A DNA stretch of 64,000 bases, from NCBI GenBank assembly GCA_900548385.1, contig URKJ01000002.1, positions 36,212 to 100,211 of the forward strand, in the 5' to 3' direction. The notes under the pieces are model-generated. The model was not told the DNA's origin. It did no database searches and was given only the letters and a program-made list of their open reading frames with translations. The DNA is from an uncultured bacterium (GTDB taxonomy: Bacteria; Verrucomicrobiota; Lentisphaeria; Victivallales; UBA1829). Every line of letters begins with the position of its first letter. Position 1 is the first letter of the stretch. The translations under genes were made by a program, and so were the position numbers. Shown piece by piece: positions 36,392-44,363 of this stretch.

Positions 36392-36446
36392 GAAATCGGC
36401 TTCCTGAGAGTGCGGAAATTTTCCGCACTCGCCTCCATGTACATGT

Positions 36447-36479
36447 CCGGCGGGAGAGTCGCCGGACGGTTGTTTTTTA
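36447..36479 (+). terminator. Intrinsic terminator ending cassette C
   Basis: TCCGGCG-ggagagt-CGCCGGA followed by cggTTGTTTTTTAT. A second hairpin, GAGTGCGGA...TCCGCACTC, lies at 36408-36430. Confidence 0.65.
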
Positions 36480-36855
36480 TTATACAGCAGAAAAATTCCA
36501 AAAGTATTTTATTCCGAAAGACGAAAATCGGCAGAAAGTTCACAAAAAACGGGAAAAAGTAAACAATCAGCCGAAACGATACGTTATATTGTAAAAAGAA
36601 TTGGCTCGGCAAATTATTTTGAACTTTTTATTGTTTTTTCAGGAAAACGGGTATTGACATTTCTACAGGATTGTACTATAATTAAAATGACGTGGAAAAT
36701 GTTTGGCAAAAAGAATCATCCTGGCAAGAAAAATCCGGCGGATTCCACTCCTTTCCGGAAATAAAGATTCTTTCTCAAAGCATATCTGCGACGAAGAGTT
36801 TAAGAACGATACAAATACAACCAAAGGAGCTGTAAAAATGCAATGCTATAAATGT
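36479..36855. repeat. Direct repeat, copy 1 (promoter + leader + first codons of a pseudopilin gene)
   Basis: Aligns with 39823..40202. Near-identical from gacgaaaatcgg onward; I found only two mismatches by eye (cacaaaa/cataaaa and gaagag/gaacag). Looser at the 5' ~50 bp, and identity decays after ATGCAA. Confidence 0.9.
36613..36766 (+). promoter_or_regulatory. Conserved promoter + 5' leader block, copy D
   Basis: TTGACA (36654-36659), 17 nt, TATAAT (36677-36682). Leader AATGACGTGGAAAATGTTTGGCAAAAAG...TCCGGCGGATTCCACTCCTTTCCGGAAATAAAG. About 150 nt from the -10 to the ATG at 36838. Confidence 0.6.
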
Positions 36856-37560
36856 AAAAAATGTCATCAATTCACTTTGATAGAACTTCTTATTATTATA
36901 TCAATTATTGCTATTCTTGCATCTATTCTTCTACCTGCACTGAGCAAAGCTCTGGGAAAGGCTCAAGCAGTAAAATGCCTGTCCAATCAGAAACAGCTCG
37001 GCACCATCAATCAGATGTACGCCGATTCATTCAACGGCTATACGGTTCCGGTAGGGGGAATTTATGGAGAACCGTCACCGGACAATTGGTCCACAATTCT
37101 GTATCAACTGGGTTTTCTCACAGAAAAAAACAAGATCGTCGCCTGTCCCGCCCTTCCCTCGGTGAATGCAGCCCAAACATACGGCATCAACAATTATATC
37201 AAGGAAGATCCGAGAGGATGGGGGTGGAAACCATTTCTTAACTTGAAAAAACCGGGAAGCTACTTCAAATGGAAAGATTCCGAATTTCAGAATTTCTTTA
37301 AACCGTCTAATTTTCCCTTTCTGGCAGACTCTGTCAGATTTTATCCGGGAATGCTGCAGGTGAAAGAACAGCGTTGGTTTTTCTTCTATCCGTATCCGGC
37401 AACCGACACAGATGACGGCAAAGTTCACATGCGTCATCTGTGTCGCGCCAATATGCTCTTTCTGGATGGACATGCAGACTCACAGACATACAGCATGTTG
37501 AGAAGCAAGTGTAAATTCGAACGGGGGCCAAATTCTACAAACTCAAGCCTTGCCTATTGA
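36838..37560 (+). CDS. Pseudopilin-like protein D (prepilin-type N-terminus + H-X9-DG)
   Basis: Start at the ATG after [57 protein letters not shown]... C-terminal [13 protein letters not shown]. Noticeably A/T-rich codon choice. Lies 33 nt upstream of the next hydrolase. Confidence 0.85.
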   Translation: MQCYKCKKCHQFTLIELLIIISIIAILASILLPALSKALGKAQAVKCLSNQKQLGTINQMYADSFNGYTVPVGGIYGEPSPDNWSTILYQLGFLTEKNKIVACPALPSVNAAQTYGINNYIKEDPRGWGWKPFLNLKKPGSYFKWKDSEFQNFFKPSNFPFLADSVRFYPGMLQVKEQRWFFFYPYPATDTDDGKVHMRHLCRANMLFLDGHADSQTYSMLRSKCKFERGPNSTNSSLAY

Positions 37561-37593
37561 AACAAGATCCCCATCAAAACCGGAGAATAAAAC

Positions 37594-39513
37594 ATGTTCC
37601 TCTACAGAAAAATCATTGCTCTGACTCTTTTGACAGCTCTTTGCAATGGATATGCCCATACCGTACTGAAAACAGGAAAGGATGCAGGCACGGTACGAAC
37701 AGAAATCTTTGGCAACAACCAGCTCCATTACGGCGACGGATACGGAGTCGTAGATCGTCAGGGAGTACTCAACCCGGAAATGATCGCATTGCTGCAGGAA
37801 GCGGGAATGACGATCCAACGGTATCCGGGCGGATGTTCTACACATTTCTTTAACTGGAAACAGGCGGTCGGACCGAACCGCCGGAAATATACAGCATTTG
37901 CCCTTCCGGAATTCCTCGCCTTTTGTGAGCGAAGCGCAGTCAATGCAGTTATTACGGTATCAGCATTCACCGGGAAGGCAGAGGACGGAGCGGACCTTGT
38001 TGCATATCTGAATCTCCCCGCAAACGGCGGAAACTCCATGGCAGCTCTCCGCGCAGACGATGGACACCCCGCGCCTTATGGAATAAAATATTTTGAATAC
38101 GGCAATGAGGTTTATCACGGCACGACCTGCCGCCGCAGCCTGAAACATCATCGTTTCATTACTCCGGAACAATATGCGGAAAATTATCTTGCATACCGTA
38201 CAGCAATGAAGCATGTGGATCCGGAAATAAAACTTGGAGTCGTCATGTACAGCCCCCTCTCCAAATATAAGGATTCCGCTGACTGGAATAACCGTGTGCT
38301 CGCGAAACTGAAAGGCAACTATGATTTTCTAATCATTCATCTTTACTGTCACGATCCGTTAACGTCGGGAAAAACAATTGCGGCATGGGATTTCTTTCTG
38401 TCCGCCCGCTATATAACCTCCTCCGCGCTGAAAAACATTCTAAAACAGGCGGAACAGCATGGAAAAAAGAATCCGCCGCTCGCCGTAACAGAATTCAACA
38501 GCAATATTGCCATCCACTCCACGCTGCTGAGTGCGTTGGTCTGCGCACAAACGTATCATGCCATGCTGTATACACCGGAAGTATTCATGGCGAATTTCTG
38601 GCAATTTGCCAATGAAGGATGGGGAATGATCAGGAATTACAAAAAACCGTATCTCCGCCGTCCGTCATTTCTAATGCTGAAACTCTTCCGGAAATATCTT
38701 TACACCAGGTTGCTCGAACCGGAAATTACCACATCCTCTGTTACGATTCCTGCCTGCCCGGAGCATCCCGTTCCCGACAAGCAGGAACTGGAACGCGATC
38801 TGATTTCCGGCAGAGAACTGAAAATTGAACAGAACGGAGAATTCGCGGTCCTCAAACATCCCGGCGATGTGGTCGAAATCAAATTTCTGAATGATCGGGC
38901 ATGGAATTTTTTCCATGTCAGCTACCGGCAGCCTATCGCAGCGGATCCTTTTTACGGCTATCGGCTTACAGCGGAAGTACGTTCTGAAGGGATGGAGGAA
39001 AGCTCCGGTCCACAGATTCAGCTTGGCGATACCAGGGGATGGACACAGACCAGATCGGCCGCCTCTACTCCTCCAGTCCGCCCGGCAGAATGGACGAAAG
39101 TGGAAGCGGAATATATTCCCCGTGCAGATACCGATTCTTTAACCATCACATTCCGACGAATCTCCGGCGGAGGCAAAGGTCGAATGTTTTTCCGTAATCT
39201 CCGTCTCAGTCGCTTCCTGCGCCAGAGAGAACAGCTTCCTCTGATCGAAGCGACCGTATCCCAGACAAATGACGGCAAAAAACACGCGTTTCTCCTGTTG
39301 AACCGTTCCAATCGACCGGAAAAAACCGTTATTGAATATACAGCTGCGCGGCGCGTCATTGCAGAAACCCTAACCGGTCCCTCCCCTCTGGCGGACAATG
39401 AATCCAATCCCGGAAATATCCGGATCATACAGCTTCCGGTAAGAAATGATGGCCGGAGCCTGACCATCGTTCTGCCGCCCTGGTCCCTGACCGGCATCCG
39501 CGCCGAACAATAG
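37594..39513 (+). CDS. Secreted GH51-like (alpha-L-arabinofuranosidase-type) glycoside hydrolase
   Basis: 639 aa. Signal peptide MFLYRKIIALTLLTALCNGYA. IQRYPGGCSTHFFNWKQAVGP and IKYFEYGNEVY resemble the GH51 RYPGG...W..GVGP and GNE blocks. Beta-sandwich-like C-terminus. Confidence 0.5.
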   Translation: MFLYRKIIALTLLTALCNGYAHTVLKTGKDAGTVRTEIFGNNQLHYGDGYGVVDRQGVLNPEMIALLQEAGMTIQRYPGGCSTHFFNWKQAVGPNRRKYTAFALPEFLAFCERSAVNAVITVSAFTGKAEDGADLVAYLNLPANGGNSMAALRADDGHPAPYGIKYFEYGNEVYHGTTCRRSLKHHRFITPEQYAENYLAYRTAMKHVDPEIKLGVVMYSPLSKYKDSADWNNRVLAKLKGNYDFLIIHLYCHDPLTSGKTIAAWDFFLSARYITSSALKNILKQAEQHGKKNPPLAVTEFNSNIAIHSTLLSALVCAQTYHAMLYTPEVFMANFWQFANEGWGMIRNYKKPYLRRPSFLMLKLFRKYLYTRLLEPEITTSSVTIPACPEHPVPDKQELERDLISGRELKIEQNGEFAVLKHPGDVVEIKFLNDRAWNFFHVSYRQPIAADPFYGYRLTAEVRSEGMEESSGPQIQLGDTRGWTQTRSAASTPPVRPAEWTKVEAEYIPRADTDSLTITFRRISGGGKGRMFFRNLRLSRFLRQREQLPLIEATVSQTNDGKKHAFLLLNRSNRPEKTVIEYTAARRVIAETLTGPSPLADNESNPGNIRIIQLPVRNDGRSLTIVLPPWSLTGIRAEQ

Positions 39514-39822
39514 AACACAGTTACACTCCGTTATTGAAAATTTGAGTCGGACAAAACGTTATGAAGTGTGAGACTTCGGCAAGCAATACTCAGGAAACAT
39601 CGAAATACCGACTTTTCTATCAAATAACGAGCTGCCGACTTTTCAACTTAAAGACAAACTTTTCAAATACGGGTGGTGTCCTTTCACAAAATGAGGAAGT
39701 CCTGAACCGGCTACCGGAACCCGATAGTAACCGTGAAGCAGTCCACAGAGAAGCGATGTTTCAATAATTTCTTTATCCAGAGGATGGAATTTGACCATTG
39801 CGTCACCAGTTCTCCACATTCT

Positions 39823-40202
39823 ATTATACAACAGAGATAATTTCAAAAATACTTTTTATTCCGAGAGACGAAAATCGGCAGAAAGTTCATAAAAAACGGG
39901 AAAAAGTAAACAATCAGCCGAAACGATACGTTATATTGTAAAAAGAATTGGCTCGGCAAATTATTTTGAACTTTTTATTGTTTTTTCAGGAAAACGGGTA
40001 TTGACATTTCTACAGGATTGTACTATAATTAAAATGACGTGGAAAATGTTTGGCAAAAAGAATCATCCTGGCAAGAAAAATCCGGCGGATTCCACTCCTT
40101 TCCGGAAATAAAGATTCTTTCTCAAAGCATATCTGCGACGAACAGTTTAAGAACGATACAAATACAACCAAAGGAGCTGTAAAAATGCAACGCTATAAAA
40201 GC
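39823..40202. repeat. Direct repeat, copy 2
   Basis: See copy 1. The two copies are 3344 bp apart. Confidence 0.9.
39960..40113 (+). promoter_or_regulatory. Conserved promoter + 5' leader block, copy E
   Basis: TTGACA (40001-40006), 17 nt, TATAAT (40024-40029). Leader identical to copy D. Confidence 0.6.
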
Positions 40203-40940
40203 CGGAAACGTTATCATTTTACCCTCATAGAACTCCTCATCGTCATATCAATTATAGCAATTCTTGCCGGAATGCTCCTCCCGGCGCTGAACAGCGCGCG
40301 AGCCAAAGCACGCACCATCAGCTGTATGAACACGATGAAAGGGCTCGGCACGGCAGCGGTTCAATACGCTTCCTCGTTTGACGAATTCTGGGTACCATAC
40401 CGGAGCGATGCACCGGGGTCTTCCTCCTCCCGGAAATGGTTCGCTCATAACGAAGCATTCATGGAAATGCACGGATTGTCAAGACATCCCTCTTATCCGG
40501 AATTCGTCCGCAGAAACACGGTCTGCCCGGAACAGCTGAAGCCTTCCCCCGACACCAATTTCAAGCCGGAAATATGGATCCCGATAGGCAATGCCTACGG
40601 ATTGCCGTGGGGCGCAGGCTCGGAATTTCATCCCGGCGGAGAAAGCGGCCCGGCGGAATGGCAGATCTTCCGTCTCAACAAGATCCGCACGCCGTCCGCC
40701 TCGTTCGGCTTTCTGGAATGCAGCACCAGCGGACGTGTCGGATTCTGGAACTGCACATTAACGGCATACGAAACGAATCCGTTTGGAGAGCATATTGCCC
40801 CATTCCGTCATCCGGGTCTGCGGCTCAACGCAGTTTTCTTCGACGGTCATGTGGAAAACCGCGGCTACCGCCAGGTGGAGGGCGGAATTCCGGCTAATAC
40901 GAAAACACATCCGAACTGGCTGCTCTGGCATCCGTACTAA
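40185..40940 (+). CDS. Pseudopilin-like protein E (prepilin-type N-terminus + H-X10-DG variant)
   Basis: [42 protein letters not shown]... C-terminal [14 protein letters not shown]. Close paralogue of F. Confidence 0.85.
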   Translation: MQRYKSRKRYHFTLIELLIVISIIAILAGMLLPALNSARAKARTISCMNTMKGLGTAAVQYASSFDEFWVPYRSDAPGSSSSRKWFAHNEAFMEMHGLSRHPSYPEFVRRNTVCPEQLKPSPDTNFKPEIWIPIGNAYGLPWGAGSEFHPGGESGPAEWQIFRLNKIRTPSASFGFLECSTSGRVGFWNCTLTAYETNPFGEHIAPFRHPGLRLNAVFFDGHVENRGYRQVEGGIPANTKTHPNWLLWHPY

Positions 40941-41072
40941 GAAAGACCATCCCCGGCCATTTTCCATATTTCCCGTCTTTCCGGCAAAATCATTGCAGTG
41001 CATCGAGTGCATGATTTTGCCAATTCCACAAAGAATATCTTTAAATTTTTCTTTTTTTTCAAAAAAAGGGGA

Positions 41073-41101
41073 TTGACATTTTCCATGTTATGATGTATAA
41101 T
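41073..41101 (+). promoter_or_regulatory. Consensus sigma70 promoter upstream of the regulator/pseudopilin F/GH10 operon
   Basis: GGGGATTGACATTTTCC...: TTGACA (41073-41078), 17 nt, TATAAT (41096-41101), followed by TAAAA. Preceded by a T-rich tract. Same design as copies C, D and E. Confidence 0.55.
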
Positions 41102-41120
41102 TAAAAACAGATGCTAAATA

Positions 41121-42203
41121 ATGCTAACAAAAAGAGTGTTTCCGAATATGAAAAAGAAAAAACCTCCGGTTGCGGAATATATGAAGATCCGGCGTTATAT
41201 GCTCCATTTTGTCGAGCAGGCGGGGGAACAGTCTGTGCTGGCGCCATCTATTCTGGAACTCTCACGGAAATTCGGAGTCAGCAGACCGACCGTCAGCAAA
41301 GCAATGAAAATGCTGACCGATGACGGTTATATCATCGGCCGTCCCGGCGTCGGGGCATTCACCAATCCTGCCAAGATTCACCGTTATCAGTTACGGAGCT
41401 ACCGGAACATCAGTATCATTGTCGGCGACGGAATGCTGGTGCATCAGGCCCCCTACCAGACCGAGATGATGGCGCGTATTCTGCTGAATCTTGCCCGGCA
41501 AGGTTTTGAAACCAGTTTTCTCCAGCTGACCTCACATCAGGATGAACAGATTCTTGAAGAACTTTCCATGAACCAGTTCTCCGTTCTGTTGTGGATCCTG
41601 CCGCCCAGGGAAATGTACCCCGTCATCCGTGAACTGAGAAAAATGGGACGCAGTGTCATATCCAACGGGAAAAGCGATGACGACCACTGCGGAAACGTGT
41701 TCCTTGATTACGAAGGACTCGGCTATGAGGTCGGACGGAGACTTATTGCGGAGGGCCGGAGCAAAGTCGTCTATCTCCTCGACAATCCAGCCTGGGGGCG
41801 TCCGCTCGCCGGCATGAAACAGGCGTACCGGGAAGCCGGAATCGAACCGGATCCGGATCTCACATTCACTACCGCCGTGGACCTGTGGGACCGGCTGGCA
41901 GAACTCCTGAACACACCGGGAAAAGTCGATTCTGTCTTCAGCGCAGTCTGCTCCACCAGTTTGTTTCTGCCGTTCTACCGGCAGCTTTCGCCGGAGGTCC
42001 GGAAGCGGAACCGGTTTATTCTGGAAGAGGATTATTGCCCGCCGGACGAATTTTCCGGCTGGCTGTTCCAAACCCCGTTTCAGGAACTGGCAGACGAAAC
42101 CATCCGTCTGATTTCGTTGGAAACAGAAGGAATTTCACAGGAAGAAGCCCATATAAAAATCAATCTCCCGCTGACGGAGACAAAAGGAGGAAAAACAGCA
42201 TGA
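41121..42203 (+). CDS. Hybrid transcriptional regulator: GntR-type winged-HTH + LacI/PBP1-type sugar-binding domain
   Basis: [42 protein letters not shown] is GntR-like. The remainder resembles a periplasmic-binding-protein fold. The start is uncertain (ATG at 41121 or 41148). The stop overlaps the pseudopilin F start (ATGA at 42200-42203). Confidence 0.7.
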   Translation: MLTKRVFPNMKKKKPPVAEYMKIRRYMLHFVEQAGEQSVLAPSILELSRKFGVSRPTVSKAMKMLTDDGYIIGRPGVGAFTNPAKIHRYQLRSYRNISIIVGDGMLVHQAPYQTEMMARILLNLARQGFETSFLQLTSHQDEQILEELSMNQFSVLLWILPPREMYPVIRELRKMGRSVISNGKSDDDHCGNVFLDYEGLGYEVGRRLIAEGRSKVVYLLDNPAWGRPLAGMKQAYREAGIEPDPDLTFTTAVDLWDRLAELLNTPGKVDSVFSAVCSTSLFLPFYRQLSPEVRKRNRFILEEDYCPPDEFSGWLFQTPFQELADETIRLISLETEGISQEEAHIKINLPLTETKGGKTA

Positions 42204-42970
42204 GAACCACCCGAAACACACATCAAATTCGCAGAAGGAAAAGCTATCATTTCACCCTCATAGAACTCCTGGTGGTCATATCAATTATAGCCATATTGGC
42301 AGCTCTTCTTTTGCCCGCGCTGAACAGTGCGCGTGCCAAGGCGCGAACCATCAGCTGTATAAACACGATGAAAGGACTCGGCACGGCGGCAGTTCAATAC
42401 GCTTCCTCGTTTGATGAATTCTGGGTTCCCTACCGGTGCGATGCGCCGGGGTCTGCCTCCGCACGGAAATGGTACTCACATAATGAGGCATTTATGGAAA
42501 TGCACGGATTGTCAAGGCATCCTACTAACCCGGAATACGTCCGCAGAAACACGGTCTGCCCGGAACAGCTGGCTCCTTCCACCGATACCAATTTCAAGCC
42601 GGAAGTATGGATTCAGATACAAAATGCCTACGGACTGCCATGGGGCGCAGGCTCGGAGGTTCAGCCCGGCGGAGAAGGTGGAGCGGAATGGCAGATCTTC
42701 CGTCTTAATAAGATCCGCACGCCGTCCGCCTCGTTCGGCTTTCTGGAATGCGGCGCTGGCGGACGAGTCGGATTCTGGGACAGTCTGCTTACGACTTATC
42801 AAAACAAACCATTCGCTGACAACACGCCCGCATTCCGTCATCCGGGCCTGCGGCTCAACGCCATTTTCTTTGACGGTCATGTGGAAAACCGCGGCTACCG
42901 TCAGGTGGAAGGCGGAACGCCTGCCCATTCAAAGACGCACCCGAACTGGCTGTCCTGGCATCCATACTGA
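42200..42970 (+). CDS. Pseudopilin-like protein F (prepilin-type N-terminus + H-X10-DG variant)
   Basis: Start at the ATG after [57 protein letters not shown]... C-terminal [14 protein letters not shown]. Lies 14 nt upstream of the GH10-like gene. Confidence 0.85.
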   Translation: MRTTRNTHQIRRRKSYHFTLIELLVVISIIAILAALLLPALNSARAKARTISCINTMKGLGTAAVQYASSFDEFWVPYRCDAPGSASARKWYSHNEAFMEMHGLSRHPTNPEYVRRNTVCPEQLAPSTDTNFKPEVWIQIQNAYGLPWGAGSEVQPGGEGGAEWQIFRLNKIRTPSASFGFLECGAGGRVGFWDSLLTTYQNKPFADNTPAFRHPGLRLNAIFFDGHVENRGYRQVEGGTPAHSKTHPNWLSWHPY

Positions 42971-42984
42971 TTAAGGAAAAACCG

Positions 42985-44316
42985 ATGAACCGAAATCGAA
43001 AAGCCGTTCTCCAGCCTTTTCTGGATAAACAGGACTACATGGAAAACCGGATCCGTCAGGGAATTGACTCCAGCCGGAAAGCGTGGTGCCGGATCCGGCT
43101 GGAAGACGCCGCGCACAATGCGATTCCGGGTGCGACGGTAAGAATTGCACAGAAAAGCAGTGATTTCAAATTCGGCGCCAATCTTTTCATGCTGGGCGAA
43201 TTTCCCCGTGAAGAATTGAATGCCAAATACGAACGCCGCTTCTCCGGGCTGCTCAATATGGCGACTCTGCCGTTTTACTGGCGGGACACGGAACCGGAAC
43301 AAGGGAAGCTCCGCTGCCGGAAAGGGGATGCGCACATTTACCGTCGTCCCCCGGTGGAACTGTGTCTGGAATTCTGCGAAACGCATGGGATCGAACCTAA
43401 AGCGCATTGTCTGAATTATGCCTGCCACGCACCGGACTGGCTCCCGGCGGATACGGCGACGGAAAAGCGGCTTCTGGAAAAACGTTTCCGGGAACTTTCG
43501 GAACGCTTCGCATGTCGGATTCCGGAGTGGGAAGTCACCAACGAAACATTTTACGAGTGGAACCGGTTCCGCGGCCGCTCCGAGTTTTTCCAGGACCCGG
43601 ACTATGTGGAATGGAGTTTCAAAACGGCGGAGCGGTTCTTTCCGGCAAACAGGCTGTTCATCAACGAAATGCAGGAACGGATCTGGGACAATCGCAGTTT
43701 CTACGGCAACCGCAGCAGCTATTACATGCAGATCGAACGGGCATTGCGCAACGGCGCCCGGATCGACGGAATCGGGATGCAGTTCCACATGTTCCACCGG
43801 CGGGAACAGGAGGCGGAAAAAACTGCGGAATATTACGATCCGGAGCGTATCTACAACGTGCTCGACTGTTACGCCGGATTCGGAAAACCGCTTCAGATCA
43901 CGGAATCAACCATTCCCGCATACAGCGAAAATGCGGAAGACGAAGAGATTCAGGCGGAAATCCTCCGTAATCTGTTCCGTATCTGGTTCAGTCATCCCGC
44001 CGTGGAGGGAGCGGTCTACTGGAATCTGGCGGATGGAACGGCTGCCGGTGCGGCAGGCGACATGACAAGCGGGGAAAATTATTATTACGGCGGACTCCTC
44101 CGGCGCGATCTCTCCCCGAAACCCGCTTACGATATGCTCCGGGAACTCATCACCGGAGAATGGCGGACCTCGCTGGAAGCGGAAACGGATGGAAACGGCG
44201 AACTCCGGTTCCACGGTTTTTCCGGCGGTTACGAACTGACGGTCAACGGCTGCCGCCGCGAATTCCGCGTGGAACGGATGCAAAGCAGTGCCGTTATACT
44301 CGTCATTGACAAATAA
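42985..44316 (+). CDS. GH10-like glycoside hydrolase (endo-beta-1,4-xylanase family), no signal peptide
   Basis: EWEVTNET (acid/base block, cf. WDVVNE), IDGIGMQFHM, and LQITESTIP (nucleophile block, cf. ITELDI). The N-terminus MNRNRKAVLQPFLDKQDYMENR is not signal-like. Confidence 0.6.
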   Translation: MNRNRKAVLQPFLDKQDYMENRIRQGIDSSRKAWCRIRLEDAAHNAIPGATVRIAQKSSDFKFGANLFMLGEFPREELNAKYERRFSGLLNMATLPFYWRDTEPEQGKLRCRKGDAHIYRRPPVELCLEFCETHGIEPKAHCLNYACHAPDWLPADTATEKRLLEKRFRELSERFACRIPEWEVTNETFYEWNRFRGRSEFFQDPDYVEWSFKTAERFFPANRLFINEMQERIWDNRSFYGNRSSYYMQIERALRNGARIDGIGMQFHMFHRREQEAEKTAEYYDPERIYNVLDCYAGFGKPLQITESTIPAYSENAEDEEIQAEILRNLFRIWFSHPAVEGAVYWNLADGTAAGAAGDMTSGENYYYGGLLRRDLSPKPAYDMLRELITGEWRTSLEAETDGNGELRFHGFSGGYELTVNGCRREFRVERMQSSAVILVIDK

Positions 44317-44330
44317 AAAATCTGACTGTA

Positions 44331-44339
44331 TGGTATAAT
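44331..44339 (+). promoter_or_regulatory. Candidate extended -10 promoter for giant paralogue 2
   Basis: TGGTATAAT (TGnTATAAT). The nearby TTGACA (44306-44311) is 22 nt away, too far to act as a standard -35. Confidence 0.35.
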
Positions 44340-44363
44340 TATGATCAACGAAAGGAACAAACA

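Noticed and set aside
36687-36764. Possible leader peptide ([25 protein letters not shown]) in the D/E leaders.
   Set aside because: In the independent copy C, single-nucleotide indels shift or terminate this frame (MMWKNVWQKVSP*). The conservation is therefore not at the peptide level.
36703-36837. 45-codon N-terminal extension (TTG start, [24 protein letters not shown]...) on pseudopilins D and E in the ORF track (also 40050..40184).
   Set aside because: The extension lies in the conserved promoter-leader block. The ATG at 36838/40185 has a good SD (AAAGGAG) and gives the short basic leader expected before the FTLIELL helix. The homologous leader upstream of pseudopilin C contains an in-frame stop.
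39561-39846. Two small overlapping ORFs (68 aa on + and 67 aa on -) in the AT-rich tail after the GH51-like gene.
   Set aside because: They have no SD and no recognisable motifs. They overlap each other on opposite strands, and the composition looks non-coding.
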